Positions 13,209 to 24,124 of a stretch of 64,000 nucleotides of DNA are shown here, one piece after another (position 1 is the first letter of the stretch; each line of letters opens with the position of its first letter). A program made the position numbers and the translations under genes. Under the pieces are notes generated by a model, which was not told where the DNA came from, searched no databases, and saw nothing but the letters and a program-made list of their open reading frames with translations. The stretch comes from Lytechinus pictus (taxonomy: Eukaryota): positions 15,500,001 to 15,564,000 of the forward strand of contig NC_087247.1 of assembly GCF_037042905.1 (NCBI RefSeq), given 5' to 3'.

Positions 13209-13418
13209 CTTAAGTTGTTCCTCCATTGGCAGAAACTCTGTACTATCAGGATTAAAAAGTCGAAGCAAACCAAAATCTAAACAATCCTCCATGAAGGTTA
13301 CATTTCCCTTGGAGTGTTTCTCTTTCCTCTTCCTTTTCTGTTTTCCCTGTTTCTTGCTCTTCTTTTCCATTTCTGCCGTGACAGGTTGTTCCCCTCTACT
13401 CTCCTCTTCATCTCCCAT
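13209..13418 (-). CDS. EFCAB12: EFCAB12-like, coding exon 1 (ATG; exon probably begins at an acceptor at 13460)
   Basis: ATG at 13418, donor AAG|gtatgt, 210 nt; upstream ttttcatattgaag acceptor implies a non-coding first exon further right. Confidence 0.78.
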
Positions 13419-13512
13419 CCTGAAGCCAGGTCTCTCTTCTCTTTATTAGCTTTCAGAAACCTTCAATATGAAAATAGAGGACTGGTAAAGTAAGTTTGAG
13501 AAGTAAGTCCTG

Positions 13513-13670
13513 TGGAAGCATCGTGTTCAAGTCGTTCTGTCCATCCCCTTTCAGTCTGAGGATCGTGGGTTCAAATACCAACCATGGCATTAATTTCCTT
13601 CAGAAACTAAGACAGGATTTATCCACACTGTGTTGCACTCAACCCAGGTGATGAAAATGGGAACCTACCA
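13513..13670 (+). mobile_element. Degenerate tRNA-derived SINE
   Basis: gtgggttcaaatac..ccatggc..ttccttcag..tgcactcaacccaggtga matches the SINE at 61362. Confidence 0.7.
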
Positions 13671-14051
13671 TGCATATATTCCTGAAGAGCTTAAACACCT
13701 TATCATCTTGAACATATGGGGAAGACTTCCTTTATAAACAGCCACCCAAATAAACTGAAAAATGAAAACATTGCATCCAGCAACCAGCATTCTAGCCTAT
13801 CTATAGACTAGTATAGTATTATTATAATTTCAATATTTTGTTTTGCAACGTCATATGCGAGCAGCTTCCCCATATATCGTGTAGGCCTAGGCCTAGTAAA
13901 AAATCAATGAAATATCACTTTCTAAAAAAACAGTTTTTATTGTACCTTCAGTATATCAACAAATTGTTTTATCCCTGCTCTTGAAAGAACAAAATTGTAG
14001 TCATCATGAACCTTCAAAAAAATGAGAAATTCACAGTGAACTTCCCGTTTA

Positions 14052-17000
14052 GGGTAACGCGCCCGGTATTCGGTCACTTAAGGGGAAATCGCCGGTAAAA
14101 TAAATACCTACCTCATTTATTTGTAAATCCACCGACCAGGAGAAAGAAAAAATTGTCCTCTTTCAGATTATTGAACTCATTTAGAATATTGAATATTGTT
14201 GAACAAAATATTGCCGATAGACCGAGGTGGTGTTTTCCGCCCAGTATTCGGTCACGCCGCCCAGAATTCGGTCGCGCGATTTATCTGATGTTAACTATTC
14301 GAATTTCTCTTATGCTTAGGCCCCCTACTGTTTTTTATTCCTTTTATGTGATCTCCACATCTTAATTATGCATTTCTAGTGTTTACTTTTTAATAATAGC
14401 AACAATAAAACCTAATTAGTCCACTAGAAATAACAGAACAGGTGGAAGAATTGAGACTGAACGGTATTGTTTGAAATTTCGCCATGTGATGGCGTAAACT
14501 GAATATATATGTTTCATTATTCATTCTATGAAAATACATGTTTAATAATTAACTTTTGTATTTTTTCTTCCCTCTTTTACAGGCAAAACTCCTTTTGTAT
14601 TATTTTACTTTGTTTATGATTTATAATTTCCTACTTTCAATCACTTGTTTTGCTTTGCGACGTTACATTTCATGTTATTTTTTTCTGTTTTGTTTTGGTA
14701 TTTATATAATCCCAACTTGCATGGTTTCTTACCTGTTTGCCGTTTTCATATTCCTATGCATGCTCGTTTGTTTGGGGTTTTTGTGTTCTTATATTTTGTT
14801 TATGAATTTCAATTTCCTACTTTCAATCACTTGTTTTGCTTTTCGATGTTATGTTTATGTTGTTTTTGTGTTTTGTTTTGGTAACATTCCAACTTGCATG
14901 GTTTCATACCCGTTTGCCGTTTTCATTTTCAGATGCATGCTCGCTTGTTTGGGGTTCTGTTTTTGTCTGAGGGAGTCTTTAATTATTTTGGTCTGTTTAT
15001 TATTATTATTATTATTATTATTTTGCTTATTTGGTAATTCAGTACAGTGGGGAATCCAAGCGGGGAGCAAGGTCCGTGTACCCGTAATTCCCGTTTCTTT
15101 TTACATGATAAAAGTGTCAAATTAAGGGGGCTCATCCCTGGATCCGCTACTGAGTAGAATTTATTATTTTGGAGATTTTACTTAATGTTCATAATTTTCT
15201 AAAATCATATTTTTAATCTGCCATGCCGATAGTCCTGATAGTCATTCATGAAAATCTATCAAATAACTTGGTTTTTGTTTTTAGTCGCTCCAGTCAATCA
15301 CCAAAAGATAATCAGCCACACAACCTATGTCAAATAGTAGATCAACACTAGCTCATTCAAACTATGGGCATCGGAGAAGAGGATTATCTTTTGTATTTTT
15401 TAGGGGGTGGATGCAACAATAGAGGTCCCCAATGAATATTAATCCTCTGCTCTGCTGACCATATCAATCCCCTCTCGTTAAGATTATATAAATTTTCAAT
15501 CACTCAGAATTTTTAATACAACAATCCAAAACGGAATCAACCAGAAAATGGCGCAGCATCATCGTTTCAGTCAATTTCATTACAGACAAAGAGTCAAATG
15601 GGCAACATGTTATTGAAACTTCACGTCTTTGCAGTCAAGATGTTGTTTATTTTTTTCAGTCTATGAAATGAATGGCAAGGTGAATGTAGAATTAATACAA
15701 ATGGCAAATAAGTTTCATACTCTTGTCTTTCATAAATGGAAAGAAATCAATAAATCAAATACTCTGTAACAAAATTTACTGTTTGGCCATTTACGTACAA
15801 TACATTAAATTTATATAAAATTAAGAATGATATGAATACAAACAATAGAATGTAAAAATAATTATTGTACTGCAAAATAATTAGTACCAGGGCGTAACAA
15901 CTGCGTAGAATATATATTTTCTTTGTAATTTCTTGGATTTTATATTAGTTTATTTTTTACAATAAAATTAATGGCTCAATGATACTTATAAGATCTACGT
16001 CGGCCTCCGATATAGGGAAAGCGAAGAGGAAATTTGGATTTCATATCATTCCTTTGATAAATCAAACAAAGTTTTAGGGAACATTGTGATATAAGAGGTC
16101 ATTGAAGACTATCTTTAATTCACTCAATGCTAAATCTTTCTTGAATACAAGTGTGGTACGCCTTCTTGATGAAATAATTTGAATGAAGATAATGTACATA
16201 AATTAATTTCATCATAATGGCCTTAATCTATTATTCTTACACTATCCTTTTCATAATTATGCTCATTGTTTTATTGCAACTTCCTTCAATATCATAATTT
16301 ACTGGTTCCATATTAAAACACAAAACTACTGCCCTCGCTATTGTCATTTCCTTTACTACATCAATGGTCCTTTAAATCCCCCAAAAATGAACGAGAAAAA
16401 TTAAATGGGAAAGAAAGACAAAATAACGACGAGACCGACAATTAATTTTGAATCATCTGCTGAAACTCTAGTCTCTTCACCCCGAATTTTGCCATCCGCT
16501 GTTCCAATGCCGCCAAATTTGCTTTCATAGCAACGGACAGGTAAGGGCTGGAACCATGCCGCGATTTTACTGGTGTCTTCCCATCGATCTGTGGAGAAAC
16601 TGGTAAGGAAAAATTTTAGAACATTTGAATTACACAGCATGATGGAAATTACCGATTGATATAATAGTTTAAGTTCAGAGTATGGTTAAGTAAATAAAAA
16701 GATGTAGACCTACTTTATCCCTATGCGTTGATTTAGGTATCCCATATACCTAAGACGCCCTCCTTTTTGACATCTTGTCTACCATCCAATACCGAGTTGT
16801 CAACCTGCTGTTTGATATACTGTTAGTAAAGATTTTGATATCTGTTTGAAAAGTCATTGAAAGTATGAACTCTAAGAATTTAAAATTAATATTAGACGAA
16901 AGGAACATTTTATTAATTCTATAAATCACTTTAGGCCTAACTCGGGCAACTGAATTCCAATTGAATTCACAACAGTAACTGATAATTCTAACCGAATTCG

Positions 17001-18301
17001 TCAACATTGTCATCCACTTTCGATTGATGTTATTAGCAATGATGACAATATTAAAAGGCCCCTTGTTTTAAATTAAAACGACCAAAAAAATTAGCCGCAG
17101 ACCTCTGATATGTGAGGGACGGGCAAAATTGAGGGGCAATTTTCCAGCCTTTGATCTAGCAATGACGTCTTTTAAAATAACACTCGTGGAAGAGCCTTTT
17201 TAATTTTTTTTTTCTTGGGGGTCCATCATCCCTGGAACCGGATGTATTATTCAAATTAATAATAATATTGAAAATAACTATGATAACATTAAAAAAATAA
17301 CACGGTTTAACTATTGAGGTTGAGTTTGACTATTGAGGCCAAAAAGGAAATCACTAAGACTTAATCTCAATCACGTTAAAGGCAATATCAAAATGAGCCC
17401 TGGTCAAATTCGCCAACTTCGTCACCATCGTCATTCACCCGCTCATATTGCATTTTCACAGGCAATAAACATCTTTGTTCTAAGATTTTTATTAATAAAA
17501 ATAATTGTAGGTATATTCTTAACTTATTTAGGCCTAACGTAGGCATATCATTTGCCCTATCATTTGAGAAAGATGTAGACTTCAACTCAATCACGCAAAG
17601 GCAATCAAAATGAGCCTTGGTCAAATTTACCAACTTCGTCACCATCGTCATTCACCTGCTCAAATTGCATTTTCATAGGCAATAAACATCTTTGATTTAA
17701 GATTTTTATTCATGAAAAATAATTTTAGATATATTCTAAACTTATTTAGGCCTAACAGAACAAAAAATGGATTAAGATAAGTGTTTCACTTGCGAGGAGC
17801 AACGTATCTGCACGCTCTTCCCTCCTCACAAACACACCGGCAAAACACTCAATGTTGCGCGACCGAATTCTGGTCGAGCGCCCTCTCACTATAGGGGCAA
17901 TGTATAAGCCCTCGCTACTCATCAGTTTCACTGCTAGTTGCATATTCGCTGCGACTGGGTGAACACACAAGTCTTCCCCTTCACACTCGTACCAAATTCA
18001 CTACACCTACACACAAAGTCATGACGTCACAAGAGTTTACATGAGGTTGCGTCCGCTTAACTCAATAGCTAAGAAACCCGGAAGTAAACAAAACCCCCCC
18101 GACGCGGTCAATTTTAAGGTTAGTTTTTGGCTGTGTGCTTGTCTTAATCGACATTTTTTTTTAGGTGGGCTGGAAGTGCTGGTTTCTTGCATGATATGCC
18201 AAAGTTTTCTGGCTCATGCATTATTTTTTTTTTTTCAACAGCTGTTGAAACAGCTGTCTGACCGAATTCTGGGAGGTGACCGAATACCGGGCGCGTTACC
18301 C
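14052..18301 (-). mobile_element. pogo/Tigger-type (Tc1-mariner superfamily) DNA transposon, decayed
   Basis: Perfect ~26-bp TIR GGGTAACGCGCCCGGTATTCGGTCAC, TA duplication, subterminal GACCGAAT repeats, internal transposase remnant. Confidence 0.88.
16442..16773 (-). pseudogene. pogo-like transposase N-terminus (HTH_psq + CENP-B-type HTH), disrupted
   Basis: 16773-16714 MSKRRAS*VYGIPKSTHRDK; GT-AG phase-0 intron 16713-16589; then IDGKTPVKSRHGSSPYLSVAMKANLAALEQRMAKFGVKRLEFQQMIQN*. Confidence 0.72.
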
Positions 18302-18806
18302 TACTTAGTTTTAGTAAAGCCAAGGCTCAAGTTGAGTTCATTATCTTGGCCAATTTTACAAAAAAAGAGTGAGCAAACATAGTCTTAGGAGCAACAGATA
18401 GTGAGAGTCTGAAGGGAAAGGGTCGCTTTTGGGTGATAAAATCAAGAATTTTCAAGTCCAGTCACTTTTTGTCTTTACGTGGTTACGGTACCACAAAAAA
18501 CTCTGCATATGGGACCAAGAATATATTTTGAACGACCTGTTCGTGATTGCGGTATTACTTGCATTTAGTCACATTATAAACAAATTAATGAATGGATCCA
18601 AAACATTGTGATGAAAATAATCATCATCTTATAACCTACAGATACTCACAATTTCACCAATTATGTTCAAATGATAAGTCATCTTTGTGTTCCATTTCAT
18701 TGCATTGGGTGTGCTTTTCTCTTCGGGCGTCAGTTGTTGCTGTGCCAACAATAATTACAGAGTATGGCAAGCCAAAGGTACGGTGTATCAATATCTGCAA
18801 CATTAA

Positions 18807-18986
18807 NNNNNNNNNNNNNNNNNNNNNNNNNNNNNNNNNNNNNNNNNNNNNNNNNNNNNNNNNNNNNNNNNNNNNNNNNNNNNNNNNNNNNNNNNNNNNN
18901 NNNNNNNNNNNNNNNNNNNNNNNNNNNNNNNNNNNNNNNNNNNNNNNNNNNNNNNNNNNNNNNNNNNNNNNNNNNNNNNNNNNNNN
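18807..18986. other. Assembly gap (180 N)
   Basis: Run of n. Confidence 1.
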
Positions 18987-19655
18987 ATGCTCAAAATGTT
19001 AATTTCCCTTTATATGAACTTTTTTTTTATTCCTCATGGAACATCTGATCAGTTTATTGATTGCAATAATCATCGGAGCTTTGTTATCACCAAACTTGAC
19101 CATGGCAATATAGGCCTATGAGAATAATGAGAATCGCTCACTTCTTTACCCTGCCATTTATGTGTTCAGATTTGTATAAAATACAGCAACGACTTTTGGT
19201 AAAAATGATTATTATCAAGTATTTTAAAGCTTTCCTTTGGCTGTCCAAAAATAAAGGACAAATAAAAAATGAAAAATATAAGAATTAAAATGGCGATATA
19301 CTACAGGGAAGGGCGTGTACCCTACCCTATAGGCTATAGGACCCTACAATAACTATTATAGGAGGATAAGTAACAACCTTGTGTATAAAGAGGGAGTATA
19401 TGTTAATAGTGGTATATAGACCCAAAACGGACCCAATTTCGGCATTGTTAAATTTTGAATTACTGTTTTCATCAGCGCACAGAGCGAGTTGATATTTTTT
19501 CATTTTCAGCAGTTTTTTATAATTATGAACCACAATTTTATAAACATACAGGATGCGTGTCTCGATAAATAAACGAATGATGAAAACTTGAATCGCAAGA
19601 ATTTGTCCATAATTGACTTGAACACTGGATTTTTAAGCTCCATGTTATCCTATAT

Positions 19656-20046
19656 CCCAGGACCAAAATCCAACTGAAACCAGTTTCATTTCCGACGGAC
19701 TAGTTTCAATTGGTTTCAACTGGCTTCAATTGGTTTTAACTCGAATAGATTTCAAATTGAAACCAATAAACCGGTTTACTATATAATGTAGTCAAATTTA
19801 TGGATGTTTATTCCCTCGGGGCCTCAACGAGTTATTCCATTAACCTGTACCTAACAATGGTATTTCAATACTTGGAATCCACTTTGCATACATTAGTTGT
19901 TGCTATGTCGGGCAAACCTCGGGCAAACTTTCCGGTTGTTAGAGGCAACCTTTGTTAAAGTGGTATGCATAAAATTTGAATATTTTAGTAAACCGGTCTA
20001 TTGGAACCAGACGGGCAACTGCATGGAAATGAATTCTAACTGGAAA
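19656..20046. mobile_element. Truncated copy of the CCCAGG-ended element
   Basis: cccaggaccaaaatccaactgaaaccagtt matches the left end at 9886; decayed repeat units at 20000-20046. Confidence 0.7.
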
Positions 20047-20198
20047 TGTCACAGAGGCGTCGATCATGGGGGGGGGGGGGGCGATCGCCCCACCAATCAT
20101 ATTGGGGTGGCAAGCATATCGTTTTGCCCCCCCCCCAATAATTCCGTGAGTGCAAAAATGAAATTAAATTGTAATGCTACAGAGAAATCACAAATTAA

Positions 20199-20793
20199 AG
20201 GTCAAGTCCACCCCAGGAAAATGCTGACTCATTTTGAATAAATAGAAAAAAATCAAACTAGCATAGTGCTGAAAATTTCGTCAAAATCGGATGTAAAATA
20301 AGAAAGTTATGACATTTGAAAGTTTTGCTTATTTTTCACAAAACAGTGAAATGCACAACTAGGTGAATCAGTCGATGATGTCCATCACTCACGATTTCTT
20401 TTGTTTTTTATTGTTTGAATATACAATATTTCATTTTTTATAGATTTGACAATAAGGACCAACTTGACTGAACCATAAAGTGTTAAACAATGATAATTTC
20501 ACATGTTCAGGGAGGAATTAATCGTTGTATCACTTCACAATGAGGAGAAAATTAGAATACTTCATATTTCATGTAATAAAATACAAAAGAAATAGTGAGT
20601 GGATGACATCATAGTCTCCTCATTTGCATACCAGCCATAATGTGCATATAACTGTTTTGTGAAATTAAGCGAAACTTTAAAATGTCCTAACTTTGTTATT
20701 TTACATCCGATTTTGATGAAATTTTTAGTGTTATGCTTGTTGGATTTTTCTCTTATTATTCAAATCAACTTTTTGTTGGGGTGGACTTGTCCT
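20199..20793. mobile_element. TTAA-flanked Kolobok-like element, family C
   Basis: TTAA|AGGTCAAGTCCACCCC...GGGGTGGACTTGTCCT|TTAA; inverted homolog at 55466-56039. Confidence 0.88.
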
Positions 20794-21219
20794 TTAAATA
20801 TGTAAACAGTATAATTTTACCATTTTATTATCTTAATTCTATATGTTGAGTAACCCACTGAAAATAAGCTAATATTGTTGGGAGGTAACAGTTTAAATTT
20901 GATTATAAAAAAATTAAGGTCCCTCCCCCAGACCGCGCCAATTCCCCAGACGTCAGGAATAGAAACTCCTGCCGTTTTGCCGGGGCATTTTCTTTTTTAC
21001 AGATTGAATAGGATGCTTATGACAGCATTTTACTATACATTTATTCAGTTTTCAAAATTTCTAGGGGGTGCAAGTGGGGGAACGATCCTGACTGCATATG
21101 GGGGGCAAATATGCCCCCGTTCCCCCATTCCTCGATCCCCTACCTTGATCTTCCAATCTTCTCTACCAGGTATTATTATTTATTTTACATAGTTTGATTG
21201 AAGCTTCGATATGTCCTTT

Positions 21220-21420
21220 CTTCTATTCTTTCTATTTCTTTTATCTCTTCTTTCTATTCTCCTCTTCGTTTTGTTATTGTTGTCGCCGTTTTTGCTGTTG
21301 TTCTTCTCCTTATTATTTTTCTTCCTCCTCCTTTTCGTCTCCTTCTCCTCCTCCTCCTCCCCTTTCTTCTTCTATTCCTCCTCCTTCTTCTCCTTATTTT
21401 CTTCTTCTTCTTCGTTATAT
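21220..21420. repeat. CT/CTT low-complexity tract
   Basis: (CTT)n/(CCT)n degenerate microsatellite. Confidence 0.85.
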
Positions 21421-22099
21421 TCTTGTATATATTATCTATATATATTATTTATTGGTAATAGTAAATTCTGATTTTTTTCTTCATTTTTTTAATATGTAAA
21501 TAGGTATAATTTCATTATCTTAATTCTGTATGTCGAGGACCCCACTGGAAATAAGCTTTCGAGCTTTCGTGGGTCATCCCGCGCAAGCCTGTTGTTTTAA
21601 TGCATGTATGTATGTTATGGTGACTTGCCAAATAAGATCAATCAATCAATCAATCAATGGCATCAACCCTCTGTGTTTTTCTCCTCACCTGTTATCGTGC
21701 CCTCCGGTACGTGTGCCCAGCCCTATCACTTTAGGCCAAGTCTTTCCGTACAATGGAGATTTTGACCCCCCCCCCCCAAAAAAAAAGAATGATACAAGTG
21801 CTACCATACGCTCCGTGCTATAGTGACCGAGTAAAACCTCTCGTATACCATGTTCTTTAACGAAAGACAATAACATTGCATAAAATACTACCCAGCTCCG
21901 CCTTCGATGACATTTTCAAGATAAATTGGTATGTATTTAATTGAAACTGTAATATTTATAACTTTTCAATTTATTATTTCTCTCTTCTCAAGTGAACGTA
22001 TATGCCATTATAGTCAACCAGTTTTCGGAAGTTTTTCGTAGAATCGTATTAACTGTTACTAGAAAATAGTCACCCCAACTAACTTTAACTAGAAATAGA

Positions 22100-22512
22100 A
22101 TACGTGTCGCAGGCGCAGCTCACTCAGCTCGGGTGCGGCGAGCCGCCAGGCCAGGGCGCGGGCGCAAGCTGCGCCTCAGAGCTGAGTCTAGACCAAAAGC
22201 TTCAGTCTCTGGTTGTTCCGCTGAACTACGTTGGCTCCACTCAGTGAAATGTCAGAAATTGTTAAGGAAATCCCCAGAAATGACTGTTATTCCTGTCTAC
22301 TCCGAGTCCTACCCCGTCTTAACAGACACTTTTCTGACTGCCCTACCACGAAGGCACGATAAAACATATTTAAAAAAATTAATATTAAAAGCAGGGCGAA
22401 AGAATTAAATCCCCCTTTCCTGAGCCGTAAATTCCTGTTAAGACGCTCCCACTGGGAGAAAAGCAGGACTGTGTTGGAAAGGATTTTCCAAATTTCGACC
22501 TGCTCAGACCAG
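22100..22512. promoter_or_regulatory. GC/CpG-rich patch; candidate shared promoter region of the two divergent genes
   Basis: Local GC/CpG peak (gggtgcggcgagccgccaggccagggcgcgggcgc) between two head-to-head genes whose ATG exons both start at splice acceptors. Confidence 0.4.
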
Positions 22513-23345
22513 GGGTGGTATTCTGAACATTGTCTTTTCTCCATATTTTATCTTTTCTCAGAAATATGACAAAATCGGTATTCTGGCATTTCTGGTGGAT
22601 GTCATAAATTTTGTCTCTTCTCTTTAGCGCGCACCAAAAATACGCTGCTTTAAATGCGCCTAATCCTTTTATACAAGCAAAAGATATATAAATATGACAA
22701 AAGTTATGACAGGGGTAGCAGTCATAATTTTTGTCATATCTTTATGTACCAAATAACCCGATACCCTGCCGACTGAATGTCAAGCATATAAATGTAAAAT
22801 GATGATATTATTTAGTAGATTGTGGTATTAATTTCACTCATCCTTCTTCCTTCCTGGTTTTCTCCCTCCGCTGCTTTCGGAGATCAGCCCTATGAAGGCA
22901 ATAGTATCCATTCATGACAATTTTCAAAATTATTTTTTAATGATACAATTAGTTAGATCCTACATATTAATTCCTCCTTTTTTCTCTGTCTTTCCTTTTT
23001 CTATTTCTCTTCTAAATCCTTCAAGGCTTCATAGCTCCCTGTCTCTCTTTGTAATTAAGCGCATCAGTATACACATAGTTGCGCGATGCCAGCAGCTGTA
23101 TTGGGGATACGCCCTACCTGCCACGGGGCCTTCCTATTGGCTAGAAGGGCTCCCACTGGGAAATAACAATGATTTTGATTGGTTTGCTTCCGAAAATTTG
23201 GGCGGGAACTTAGAGAGATATGACAGGGAAAAGACACTGTTCGGAATACCGGATTGTGACAATCATAGCGGTGTCACATCTCGGAGACATGACAAAATGA
23301 CAAAATTTATGACAAAAGTTATGACAGTGTTCCAGAATACCACCC
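22513..23345. mobile_element. Harbinger-like non-autonomous element
   Basis: CAG|GGGTGGTATTCTG...CAGAATACCACCC|CAG; internal atgacaaaa / tttgtcat repeats. Confidence 0.85.
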
Positions 23346-23439
23346 CAGGGTACCGGTACGTGAGGATGGAAGCGAGGTAGAAAAACAACGCTACCCCGCT
23401 AAGACGCGATCAGGGTGCATGCAGTCTGTCTGGAAAGCT

Positions 23440-24124
23440 CTCCCCTCTCCCATTCCTTTCTCCTTTTCCCTCTCTAACCTACGTTAGACTCTAGTCTAGA
23501 TCTTTTCTTCATTTCCTCTCCCCTCTTCATTTCCCTTCTCTTTTTCTTTCCCTCTCTTATAAGCATGTTTCTTCTCTCTTTCCTCTTCCTTTCTCTCTTC
23601 TCTCATTTCTCTTTATCTTTTTACCCCTCTTTTCTTGCATTTCTCTTCTCTCCCCCCTTTTTATCTTTCCTTTTTTTTAATTGTATACCTCCCTTTCCCT
23701 TCATTCTTTTTTCCTTAATTTCCTCTTCCCTTCCTTGTTGTTTTTCTTCCCTCTCCCACCACCTTTCCTCTCTCTTCCATTCCTTTTCACTCCCCTTTTC
23801 TTTTCCCTTAATTCTTCTTTTCTTTCCCTTAGTTTCTTCTCTCCCTTGCCTTTTCTCCTTTGCCATTTATTCCGTCTCTCCCTCCCCCTTCTCATTTTCT
23901 CTCTCTTATTTTCCTTTCTTTCCCCTCTCCCTTTCAGGTCTTTATTCTCCTTTTCTCTTTTTTCCTTCCCTTTCTTTCCCATCTTCCATTCCTTTCTTTT
24001 CCTTCTCTTTTTCTCTAACCCCTTTTCCTTTCCCTTCTTCCCTTCCTTTATTTTCCTTCACTTGTTCTTTTTTCCTCTTTCCTTTTCCCCTCTCCTCTTC
24101 TTTATTTTACTTCTCCCCTTTTCC
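23440..24124. repeat. Long polypyrimidine/polypurine tract (~680 bp)
   Basis: Overwhelmingly C/T on the plus strand. Confidence 0.9.

Noticed and set aside
14556-15125. 189-aa hydrophobic ORF resembling a membrane protein
   Set aside because: T-rich duplicated sequence inside a transposon; non-ATG start, F/L/C compositional bias and no domain pattern.
15540-15660. Possible C-terminal PHD-like remnant of the transposase (HLDC...FVC on the minus strand)
   Set aside because: Too short and frameshifted to support without an alignment.
18592-19048. ORFs spanning the first N run (likewise 58228-58606)
   Set aside because: Artefacts of assembly gaps.
19897-19950. RFX X-box-like half sites (GTTGCTATG, GGCAAC) as a ciliary-gene promoter
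   Set aside because: Imperfect, and located within a decayed transposon fragment; no TSS evidence.
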